Below, piece after piece: positions 7,580 through 15,119 of a DNA stretch of 55,760 nucleotides (position 1 is the first letter of the stretch; each line of letters opens with the position of its first letter). Under the pieces are notes generated by a model. The model saw nothing but the letters and a program-made list of their open reading frames with translations. It was not told the origin of the DNA and ran no database searches. A program made the position numbers and the translations under genes. Source of the DNA: a virus (taxonomy: Duplodnaviria > Caudoviricetes); IMG/VR virus record IMGVR_UViG_3300048538_000042, positions 1 to 55,760 of that record, one strand, 5' to 3'.

Positions 7580-7816
7580 ATGTATTCATATCATGCTATA
7601 TGCGAGGACGGCGTCCTGTTGAGCCCCACCCAGAAAACGATCAAGGACCTACGGTCGAGGTACTTCCGCAATCGTGAGATGTTCGAGGACCGCGGTCCGG
7701 TGACTGAGATTGTTGTATTCAAGGGTCGTAAGATCCACGGATATTACACTTCGGAGTTTAAGTTGGATCGTAGCAAGCCTGTTGATATTCACAATATTTT
7801 ATATGGGTTGGTATGA
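7580..7816 (+). CDS. Hypothetical protein
   Basis: AGGAG RBS, 78 aa. Confidence 0.8.
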   Translation: MYSYHAICEDGVLLSPTQKTIKDLRSRYFRNREMFEDRGPVTEIVVFKGRKIHGYYTSEFKLDRSKPVDIHNILYGLV

Positions 7817-8058
7817 TGGGATATAATGGTTGGAGCAATAAAGAGACTTGGTTGGTAAACTTGTGGTTAGGCGACAGCTTAACCATGGACCAAGAGGCGG
7901 GGTTCACGATTGACGCTGCTTACATCGAGCAGATTGTTGAGGATTTAATTGAGGACAGTGGATCGCGGGTCAACGGCTTTGTTGGTGACATATTGAACTG
8001 TGCGTTGTGTGAGATTGATTATGATGAGCTTGCTTCGCATTACGAGGAGGATGAGTGA
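7813..8058 (+). CDS. Conserved phage protein (YNGWSNKETWLVNLW family)
   Basis: Recognisable N-terminal motif; ATGA overlap. Confidence 0.85.
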   Translation: MMGYNGWSNKETWLVNLWLGDSLTMDQEAGFTIDAAYIEQIVEDLIEDSGSRVNGFVGDILNCALCEIDYDELASHYEEDE

Positions 8059-8375
8059 TGTTTAGTTTTGATTGTGTGGATAGGCAGATGGAGTTGGCTT
8101 GGGATCCGGCGTCATACAAGACGCGGGCTGGTGCGGCGAAGGGGTTGTATCGAGCGTTGTGCGACTGGTGTCGCAAGGTTGGCATGGATCCGAGTTACGA
8201 GGTTCACATCAAGACCCCAGAGGAGCGCAAGGAGCAGGGGTACGAAAAGGTTTGGCATGTATCATTTGAGGCTGGTCCGTATGAGTGGGCTGTGTTTGCT
8301 TCGATGCAGATCCCTGATTGCGAGTGGGGATATGTTGAGCCTTATTATTCTTTTGATTTAGATTTTGTGGAGTGA
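8058..8375 (+). CDS. Hypothetical protein (VSFEAGPYEWA motif)
   Basis: GAGGAGG RBS, coupled start. Confidence 0.8.
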   Translation: MFSFDCVDRQMELAWDPASYKTRAGAAKGLYRALCDWCRKVGMDPSYEVHIKTPEERKEQGYEKVWHVSFEAGPYEWAVFASMQIPDCEWGYVEPYYSFDLDFVE

Positions 8376-8378
8376 CTG

Positions 8379-8666
8379 ATGGCATATTTATTTAATCAGG
8401 AGATATTGAACATTGGCGTGTACCGCCCTGAGTTGAGCACGAAGGATGGTCCTGTGGTTCATTCATTTGACAATGGGATTGCGGAATACAGTGCGTCTGT
8501 CATGCGGGATCATTTCTGCACGGCGGAAAAGACTGCCCGCATGTTTGGTGGTGATATCAAGTTATGCGTTTATGTGGAATTTTCATGTGACGGCATCACC
8601 TCGCATAAGGGTTGGAGAAATTTGGAAGATTACAATGACATTACTGATGGAGGTTCCCATGCCTAA
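8379..8666 (+). CDS. Hypothetical protein
   Basis: GGAG RBS, 95 aa. Confidence 0.7.
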   Translation: MAYLFNQEILNIGVYRPELSTKDGPVVHSFDNGIAEYSASVMRDHFCTAEKTARMFGGDIKLCVYVEFSCDGITSHKGWRNLEDYNDITDGGSHA

Positions 8667-9162
8667 TCATTGTGATCAGCAGGTCCGTATTGAGGGGCCG
8701 CATTACTTGGTATCCATGCTTTACAATGGATTGACTGAGAACGGGTACGATCCTCATCGTGGGGGTCGTGCCAAGAACCCGCAATTTTGTCAGTTGGTTT
8801 GTCCGATGCCGTTTGAGCAGTGGCAAGCGCCCATGACCCAATGGCAGGGGTACGATGTTCAGGGTTGGTATGACTGGCGTGTTAATAACTGGGGCACGAA
8901 GTGGGATGTTTGTGACGTTGAGATTGACGAGGAGCTTGCGCATGATCAGGGTCGTTATTTGTTTGATGCGGATACGAAGTCATGGTTCGAGTTCCGGTGT
9001 TGGACGGCATGGGGTCCTCCTATTCCTGTTTGGGACAAGCTGTATGAGATGGGTGTTAAGGTTCATGCTACTTATCAGGACGAGGGTGGCATGTTCGAGG
9101 GCGAGTACTTGAACGGTGAGGACAATACTTGGGAGCCTGAGTTTGAGGAGGAGGAAGCGTGA
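8659..9162 (+). CDS. DUF1281/YubB ferredoxin-like domain protein
   Basis: MPNHC...WYDWRVNNWGTKWD...TAWGPP signature; GGAGG RBS before ATG 8659. Confidence 0.8.
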   Translation: MPNHCDQQVRIEGPHYLVSMLYNGLTENGYDPHRGGRAKNPQFCQLVCPMPFEQWQAPMTQWQGYDVQGWYDWRVNNWGTKWDVCDVEIDEELAHDQGRYLFDADTKSWFEFRCWTAWGPPIPVWDKLYEMGVKVHATYQDEGGMFEGEYLNGEDNTWEPEFEEEEA

Positions 9163-9428
9163 TGGGTAAGATGAAAAACATGTTGATCGAGATGCAAGAG
9201 ACGCCGATCATGGACCCATGTTCTAATTGTGATGGGTTGGGTCAGGTATTTTACGAGGTTGTTCGACCGCAGGGTTTTGGTCGTGACGTTGGTTATTTGG
9301 ACGAGGTCCAAGAGCCGTGTATCGAGTGCAGTGGTGATGGAGAGATGCCGCGATTGTGTGATTGCGGTGAGGAGGTGACTCTTGGAATGGGTCACGATGT
9401 TTATATTTGCGAGGAGTGTGCAAGATGA
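9162..9428 (+). CDS. Zinc-finger protein with DnaJ-type CxxCxGxG repeats
   Basis: CSNCDGLG and CIECSGDG plus CDC and CEEC. Confidence 0.8.
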   Translation: MGKMKNMLIEMQETPIMDPCSNCDGLGQVFYEVVRPQGFGRDVGYLDEVQEPCIECSGDGEMPRLCDCGEEVTLGMGHDVYICEECAR

Positions 9429-9670
9429 ATTTACTGCAAAAGATATGGTCGAATATCAGGAAGAACTCTAGGGCTAAGAAGCTGACGCGTAGGCAGCAGA
9501 TTTTCCAAGAGTTGTCTCGTGGCGAGGGCACGGCGCGTCAACTGTCGGATCGTTTGGGTTTACGTTTAACGCTTATTCGGACGTATTTATCTACGTTGCA
9601 TCGAGAGGGCTTGGTTAAGTCTACTGGCAAGAAGGTTGGGAAGGAGCAAGTTTGGAGGATAAAGGAGTGA
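9425..9670 (+). CDS. Winged-helix HTH DNA-binding protein
   Basis: RRQQIFQELSRGEGTARQLSDRLGLRLTLIRTYLSTLHREGLV. Confidence 0.75.
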   Translation: MNLLQKIWSNIRKNSRAKKLTRRQQIFQELSRGEGTARQLSDRLGLRLTLIRTYLSTLHREGLVKSTGKKVGKEQVWRIKE

Positions 9671-9735
9671 CGGACAGGGAGATGGATCAAATGTTGGATG
9701 AGGTGTTTCGCAAGGTATTTGGGAGGGACTGGTGA
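9667..9735 (+). CDS. 22-aa micro-ORF (MTDREMDQMLDEVFRKVFGRDW)
   Basis: Exactly fills the gap, with GTGA and TGATG overlaps; GGAGG upstream. Confidence 0.55.
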   Translation: MTDREMDQMLDEVFRKVFGRDW

Positions 9736-9977
9736 TGGTTGAGTATTTCACGGCGTTGGTTTTGCATTACGAGTTGCAGGGCAAGGAGCTTGAGACGGTG
9801 GTTTGGTTTGAGAACGAGGCCCATTGTCAGGAGGTTTTGCGGAACGATGCGGCGATGCCGTTGTACGAGGAGCTTTATGACTTGTATGGCAACAACATCA
9901 TGATGTTTTGCGAGGTAACGGAGGACGCTTCGAGGGTTGTTCGGCCACGAGCAAGACCGGAGGTTGGCAATGGGTGA
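9735..9977 (+). CDS. Hypothetical protein
   Basis: GGGAGG RBS, coupled start. Confidence 0.75.
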   Translation: MVEYFTALVLHYELQGKELETVVWFENEAHCQEVLRNDAAMPLYEELYDLYGNNIMMFCEVTEDASRVVRPRARPEVGNG

Positions 9978-10158
9978 TCAAGACTTAACGAGTTTTCAAT
10001 CGGCTCAATTAAAATGGTTAAAGCGTCAGGTTGATGCGTTGCAGGAGGAGCGTTACCGCCGTGATGCGCGGCCCAATGTGCAGATGGAATTGTTTGCAGC
10101 GCGTGAGGAGCTTGACACATACGTTAAGAACCTTCGGGAAGTGGGGAAACAGATATGA
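9970..10158 (+). CDS. Small coiled-coil hypothetical protein
   Basis: GGAGG RBS before ATG 9970. Confidence 0.75.
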   Translation: MGDQDLTSFQSAQLKWLKRQVDALQEERYRRDARPNVQMELFAAREELDTYVKNLREVGKQI

Positions 10159-10505
10159 AACTGAAGATACCGCACCGCAAAGAATACGAGGTTGTGTATA
10201 GGGAATATTGGTTGGTCCAGAACAAACAGGACAAGGCTGACAACCCTCGTTTTAATGGAAGTAAAGAGCCCAATGCTCCGATGGTTAATATGTTTCAAGT
10301 CAACGGCAGGATGGGTGGCAGACCTTTGAAGCTGACCAAGGAGGCGGAGAAGTTAAACAAACTTTTGTCGAATGGTCTTACGTTAAAGGATGCAACGTTT
10401 ATAATGGACATGACGATGCAAGCGTTGTCCCAGATCAAAGCTAAATACAAACTTCCAAGGAAAAAAAATGAATCCGTTTCTAACGTACATCCCGACGAGG
10501 ATTAA
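10155..10505 (+). CDS. Hypothetical protein, possible C-terminal HTH
   Basis: ATGA overlap; GGRP followed by a helical segment. Confidence 0.7.
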   Translation: MKLKIPHRKEYEVVYREYWLVQNKQDKADNPRFNGSKEPNAPMVNMFQVNGRMGGRPLKLTKEAEKLNKLLSNGLTLKDATFIMDMTMQALSQIKAKYKLPRKKNESVSNVHPDED

Positions 10506-10638
10506 AGAATTAGATAAACAGATCGATGACATACTGTGGGAAGAAACCGCAGATCCGAGGATCGAGCAGCTAGTAGAAGAACTAAATTACCTAAAGGAGA
10601 AAGAAGAAAATGGTGAACTATACGAACCCGATTTTTAA
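10468..10638 (+). CDS. 56-aa acidic hypothetical protein (MNPFLTYIPTRIKELDKQ...YEPDF)
   Basis: AAGGA RBS; translated by hand, fills the gap between genes. Confidence 0.65.
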   Translation: MNPFLTYIPTRIKELDKQIDDILWEETADPRIEQLVEELNYLKEKEENGELYEPDF

Positions 10639-11044
10639 CGGCATCTTAAAAGAGGCATCGATTATTGTCTTGGACGTAATGAATACGCAGACAGCGTTTG
10701 GGATTACGGACGAGGGGGAGCGATGTTTTATACCTGCTAAGGTGGTAAAGACCTTTGGCCTTGAGGAGGGGCTGGAGACAAACGCCGTCATGGTGTGCAA
10801 CACGGGGGATTTCAAAGGCGATGTACCGTGGCGGGTTATCAAGACCTTGAGCGTGGGGCCGCAGGACCAAGCTATAAGTTTACAGAAGAACCTTCGAAAG
10901 GCTATGGGTGACGGCGATGCGCCTGATCTATACAGTTTGAGGGAGTTATCTGAAACAGTGGGGGCCTCTGAAGAGAACGTCGAGAAGGCTCTGAAGACCA
11001 TGGAAGATGTGGGAACGGAGACGATGTACTACTACGAGACGTAA
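10610..11044 (+). CDS. Hypothetical protein (possible OB-fold plus HTH)
   Basis: AAGGAG RBS, 144 aa. Confidence 0.75.
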   Translation: MVNYTNPIFNGILKEASIIVLDVMNTQTAFGITDEGERCFIPAKVVKTFGLEEGLETNAVMVCNTGDFKGDVPWRVIKTLSVGPQDQAISLQKNLRKAMGDGDAPDLYSLRELSETVGASEENVEKALKTMEDVGTETMYYYET

Positions 11045-11045
11045 C

Positions 11046-11083
11046 TTGCGTGTCGCCCACATGTGTGATACCTGTGGGCGACA
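11046..11083 (+). promoter_or_regulatory. Putative promoter overlapped by a perfect 11-bp inverted repeat (operator)
   Basis: TGTCGCCCACA (11051-11061) / TGTGGGCGACA (11073-11083); TTGCGT-17 nt-TACCTG. Confidence 0.55.
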
Positions 11084-11101
11084 ACTTTTAGAGGATTGCT
11101 T

Positions 11102-11281
11102 ATGGCTAAGAAACAAAAACCCCAGCAGCCACTGCCTAAGTTTAGAAACGTGGCGATGTTGCTGGATGATCACGAGATGCTTCGTGAGATGGCGGACAAA
11201 GAGCAGAGGGCCATGGCCCGTCAACTGTCTGTTTTGGTAAGAAAAGCCTATGCAGCGTTAGAAAACTCTGATACTCTTTAA
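11102..11281 (+). CDS. Ribbon-helix-helix (Arc/MetJ-like) regulator
   Basis: FRNVAM strand then helices DHEMLREMADKE and MARQLSVLVRKAY; GAGGA RBS. Confidence 0.7.
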   Translation: MAKKQKPQQPLPKFRNVAMLLDDHEMLREMADKEQRAMARQLSVLVRKAYAALENSDTL

Positions 11282-11331
11282 TCACTGCTCGACGAGGCCC
11301 ACGCCTGTGGCCTTATCTGCTCCTCATTAAC

Positions 11332-11382
11332 TAACCCCGACCCGGCTAGGTTTCGCACTGCAACGGTTGGGGTTATTTTTTT
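11332..11382 (+). terminator. Intrinsic terminator with an unusually long loop, between convergent genes
   Basis: TAACCCCGACC / GGTTGGGGTTA stem followed by a T-run. Confidence 0.65.
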
Positions 11383-11615
11383 GCCTCGTTAGGCTTTCCC
11401 TTTTTCCCTGCAATTTGGTAGTCCTTTTCTTTGGAGTACCCACGGATCTGTGTGACGTTGCTTCTTTTCATATCTTTAAGGAAGGCGGCGGCAATATCTG
11501 GGGAGAGCCCAGCTAATTCGCCGAGCTCCTCCTTTGCGCTTTTAAGGTTTGTCCATCCTTTTCTGTAATCACAGATTGCCTCGATCATTTCGTCGTGGGT
11601 TTCAGACTTAGTCAC
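11373..11615 (-). CDS. Hypothetical protein
   Basis: GGAG RBS then GTG at 11615, inside the 3' end of the HNH gene. Confidence 0.7.
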   Translation of the reverse strand: MTKSETHDEMIEAICDYRKGWTNLKSAKEELGELAGLSPDIAAAFLKDMKRSNVTQIRGYSKEKDYQIAGKKGKPNEAKK

Positions 11616-12192
11616 GGTAATTCTCCATTTCAAAGTTTAGTCGAGCATATTTACCAAACAACTCTAACGCTTTTGCGTCTCGTTTTCGTGCGATTTTTTC
11701 TGGATGGTCTTTGGAGAACCCACAGTAATAATCTTTCCCACGATGGTGAACTTTCCCCACGTACCCACCTAATCTTTTGTTCCAGCATACGCCAATAAAA
11801 CTGCTTGTTTTGCCATGCCTTCTTTTGTTTTGGGCATTTTCAAAATGGTTTGCCTCTCTAAGGTTTGACCATCTATTATCTAATTTATCGCCATTTATGT
11901 GGTCCAAAAGTTGTTTAGGCCAACCCCCTGTTTGAATGAAGAAAGCCACCCGATGAAGTAAAAATCGACGGCCTGATACCGTACCTGTTCTGTACCCGTG
12001 ACTACCAATAGAAGTGAAAGCCTCTGAATAAGCAAACCTAGAGTTCCAATTCGCGGCACAGTGTTCTGCTGTTCTATTATTAGTATTAGAGAACATATAC
12101 ACAGGACGCTCAAGCCATGTTAATGACCCTGTTTTAGGATCATACAAAAGACTTTCGTTAATTATTTTTTCGATGGTTTTAATTGTAGCCAT
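11608..12192 (-). CDS. Free-standing HNH homing endonuclease (HNH plus AP2-like DNA-binding domain)
   Basis: LLYDPKTG; HRVAF...LDHINGDKLDNRWSNLREA; SSFIGVCW...ARKRDAKALELFGKYARLNF. Confidence 0.9.
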   Translation of the reverse strand: MATIKTIEKIINESLLYDPKTGSLTWLERPVYMFSNTNNRTAEHCAANWNSRFAYSEAFTSIGSHGYRTGTVSGRRFLLHRVAFFIQTGGWPKQLLDHINGDKLDNRWSNLREANHFENAQNKRRHGKTSSFIGVCWNKRLGGYVGKVHHRGKDYYCGFSKDHPEKIARKRDAKALELFGKYARLNFEMENYRD

Positions 12193-13634
12193 TTCTGCGC
12201 CTCTTCTCCTAAAACTTTCGCACTGATGTCGATTTTATTGCGAAGTGTTTCCACGATCCGTTCGTCGATTGTGCCTTCCGATATGAGATCAATGTATGTC
12301 ACGTTATTCTTTTGTCCGATCCGGTGGCAACGATCCTCACTTTGTATACGCTCTTCAAGTGAATAGCTGTTGGCATAGTAAACCACGAGGTTAGCTTCTG
12401 TCAACGTGAGCCCGTAGCCAGCGGTTGCTGGGTTGCCTACGAAGAACTTAAGCGGGTGGTTTGGGTCTTGGAAGTTTTTAACGATGCGGTTGCGTTCATC
12501 GTCGGATGTATCTCCGTAATATGATGCAGCGGATCCTTCCCCAAACTTATCGTTCAGCATGGCTGTAATTTGTTGGATGTCGTACCGGAAGCGCGACCAG
12601 ATGATTGCTTTACCATCGTGCTCTTCCATGATCTCGAACAGCGCATCCATGCGGGATGATTTAAAGGTCAGGATGTCTCCGTCATCTGTCTTGAGGTGGC
12701 CGGACATAATCTGTTGCAGCCTGAGTAGCTGGGTAATGACCGCGGGCGCAGACACGAGGTCCCCGTTATCGAGGAGCAAGAGCGCCTGTTCTTTGATCTG
12801 GTTGTACATCTTCAGTTGCTCGTCGGTCAGGGTGACGTATCGAGCGGTGTAGACTTTATCGGGGAGATCGAGGCAGTCTTTTTTGAGCACTCGATAGGAA
12901 AAGTTTTCGATGCGCCACGTTAATTCATCTAGGTTTTTGAACCCGACGATTTGCTGGAATGAATTATGTCCCATGGTGCGCTTTTGCGTGACGGCATACC
13001 GTCCTTGGAACGCATAGAAACTATCATACCCTAGCAGCCCCTCCCTTAAAAATTCACACTGCGAATAAATATCCATCGGACTTTTTGTAACTGGAGAGCC
13101 TGTCAACAATCTTTTGTACTTGAAGTTCGACGCGATTTTCATCAGGTTCTTGGTGCGCTTGGCCTTATGGTTTTTGATGGTGGTTGATTCGTCGATTGCG
13201 ATTAGACCATTTGAGCCCAGCGCACGACCCATCCACTCACCAGCGGTTTTACCTTTGACCGAGGAGAACGCTTCGACGTTCATGACAAAGATTGTCAGTC
13301 CGTTGAACCTGTCTTTGACGGAGCGCATTTCTTCTTGTTGTTTTTTGTTTGGCGAAGACACCCAGCGAATCACTCGATGCTCAACGTCATCGGACATATG
13401 CTCGGGGATTTCTTTGGCTACCCAGTTGCGATAGACGCCCTTGGGCGCGATGACCAAAGCAAAATCGATGAGCCCTGCCTGGTACAGCATACCCATGTTG
13501 TCGATCAGAACTTTGGATTTGCCTGTTCCCATCTCCATAAACAAGCCGAACTCGATGCGATCCCACCCTGTGTTCAGAGCATGTTTTTGATGATCAAATG
13601 GTTTTAGTTTAAAATTGTAGTTGACATTCATCAT
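12162..13634 (-). CDS. SNF2-family (superfamily 2) DNA helicase
   Basis: MEMGTGKS, IDES, LTGSP, QSEDRCHRIGQ motifs. Confidence 0.95.
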   Translation of the reverse strand: MMNVNYNFKLKPFDHQKHALNTGWDRIEFGLFMEMGTGKSKVLIDNMGMLYQAGLIDFALVIAPKGVYRNWVAKEIPEHMSDDVEHRVIRWVSSPNKKQQEEMRSVKDRFNGLTIFVMNVEAFSSVKGKTAGEWMGRALGSNGLIAIDESTTIKNHKAKRTKNLMKIASNFKYKRLLTGSPVTKSPMDIYSQCEFLREGLLGYDSFYAFQGRYAVTQKRTMGHNSFQQIVGFKNLDELTWRIENFSYRVLKKDCLDLPDKVYTARYVTLTDEQLKMYNQIKEQALLLLDNGDLVSAPAVITQLLRLQQIMSGHLKTDDGDILTFKSSRMDALFEIMEEHDGKAIIWSRFRYDIQQITAMLNDKFGEGSAASYYGDTSDDERNRIVKNFQDPNHPLKFFVGNPATAGYGLTLTEANLVVYYANSYSLEERIQSEDRCHRIGQKNNVTYIDLISEGTIDERIVETLRNKIDISAKVLGEEAQKWLQLKPSKK

Positions 13635-13650
13635 ATACCTCCACTATTGT
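13621..13650 (+). promoter_or_regulatory. Putative sigma70 promoter of the replication operon
   Basis: TTGACA-18 nt-TATTGT, followed by an imperfect inverted repeat at 13657-13680. Confidence 0.55.
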
Positions 13651-13707
13651 CTTCTTTACGGATAGCACGAGGCTACCGTATAAATCAACCCTGAAGAGGA
13701 AAAACTT

Positions 13708-14268
13708 ATGAACGATATATTTGAAGACTACTTCGACGAATCGGAGGCGTTAGCGTCTGTCGATACTGGAACCGGAAAGCAGCTAAGTCAACTGGTTCGA
13801 ACCCTGCGTAATGTTGAGCAGCAAATCAGCGATGCGGAGGAGCACTTGAAGGCACTCAAGCAAGAGAAGCACAAACTCTCTGTCGAGAACATTCCAGTTC
13901 TGATGGACGAGATGGGCGTTGAGCGTCTTGATGTGGACGGTGCGATAGTCGAGCGCAAGATGATTGTGTCTGCCTCGATACCCAAGGACCGCAAGGACGA
14001 AGCCTTGGGTTGGTTACGCGACAACGGTCTGGACGATATCATCAAGAACGATATCACAGTTTCGTTTGGTAAGGGCGAGGACAATGTTGCGGGGGACGTT
14101 GTTGGTCTGCTGCAAGATCGTGGTTTCGATCCACAAACCAAAACCCACGTTCATCCATCCACACTCAAAGCGTTTGTCAAAGAGCGCGTGACGGATGGTA
14201 AACCGCTTGACCTCGATTTGTTCGGGGCATTCATTTCAAACACCGCACAGATCCGGAGGAAAGCATAA
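13708..14268 (+). CDS. Conserved phage replication-module protein (coiled coil; VHPSTLKAFVKE)
   Basis: GAGGA RBS; motif common next to phage SSB genes. Confidence 0.85.
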   Translation: MNDIFEDYFDESEALASVDTGTGKQLSQLVRTLRNVEQQISDAEEHLKALKQEKHKLSVENIPVLMDEMGVERLDVDGAIVERKMIVSASIPKDRKDEALGWLRDNGLDDIIKNDITVSFGKGEDNVAGDVVGLLQDRGFDPQTKTHVHPSTLKAFVKERVTDGKPLDLDLFGAFISNTAQIRRKA

Positions 14269-15059
14269 TGGGTGCAGTAGCAAAAAAGAAAAGTGCAGAG
14301 TTAAGCACAGATGTCATGGACGATATCTTAGAGTTCGCGGGCGAAGGTGCGACATACGACAGCAGCGAGATGCAGATCCCGTTCATTCGTATTTTGCAAG
14401 CGATGTCTCCTCAACTCAAGAAGCGTGAAGCGCAGTACATCGAAGGCTCTGAGCAGGGTGACATGTTTAACAACGTGACCATGGAACTGTTTACGGGCGA
14501 AGAAGGTGTAACAGTCGTTCCCTGTTTTCAAACCACCAAGTACCTTGAGTTTGTTCCTCGTGAGCAAGGCGGTGGTTTCCAAGGGGAGATCCCAGCAACC
14601 GATCCGGTGCTTCAGAAAACAACGCGTAGTGGGGCCAAGGAAATCCTGCCCAACGGTCACGAGTTGGTTAAATCGGATCAGCATTTCTGTTTGATTGTCG
14701 GCACGGACGGACTTACCCAGCCCGTTGTGATCGATATGAAATCATCGCAGTTGAAAGTCAGCCGCCGTTGGAAGACGCAGATTGCTATGCAGAAGATCAA
14801 GCATCCAAAGACAGGGCAGATGGTTCTGCCTCCGTTGTTTGCTACTCAGTGGAAGTTTTGCACTGTCGAAGAGAGCAATGACCAAGGGTCATGGTTCAAC
14901 TACACTATTGAGAAGATCGGCTTGGTCGAGGACCGCGATCTAATGCTCGAAGCCAAAGCCTTCCGCGACAGTGTTGCGGCTGGCGAAGTGAAAGCTGCTG
15001 CGGAGGAGGGAAACCCAACTTCCAATCCTCCAATTAAGGAAGATGAAATTCCTTTCTAG
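14268..15059 (+). CDS. Putative single-stranded DNA-binding protein
   Basis: IPFIRILQAMSPQ motif, acidic C-terminus EDEIPF, position in the replication module. Confidence 0.7.
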   Translation: MGAVAKKKSAELSTDVMDDILEFAGEGATYDSSEMQIPFIRILQAMSPQLKKREAQYIEGSEQGDMFNNVTMELFTGEEGVTVVPCFQTTKYLEFVPREQGGGFQGEIPATDPVLQKTTRSGAKEILPNGHELVKSDQHFCLIVGTDGLTQPVVIDMKSSQLKVSRRWKTQIAMQKIKHPKTGQMVLPPLFATQWKFCTVEESNDQGSWFNYTIEKIGLVEDRDLMLEAKAFRDSVAAGEVKAAAEEGNPTSNPPIKEDEIPF

Positions 15060-15066
15060 TAGCCTC

Positions 15067-15103
15067 GGGGGACGGTTTTGAGAGTTAGCCGTCCCTCATT
15101 TTT
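15067..15103 (+). terminator. Putative intrinsic terminator after the SSB gene
   Basis: GGGGGACGGTT / AGCCGTCCCTC stem then ATTTTT. Confidence 0.55.
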
Positions 15104-15119
15104 CACTTGGGAGCAGTAA

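Noticed and set aside
11608-12192. Group I intron around the HNH gene
   Set aside because: The flanking genes are complete and overlap the HNH ORF directly, leaving no room for intron core structure
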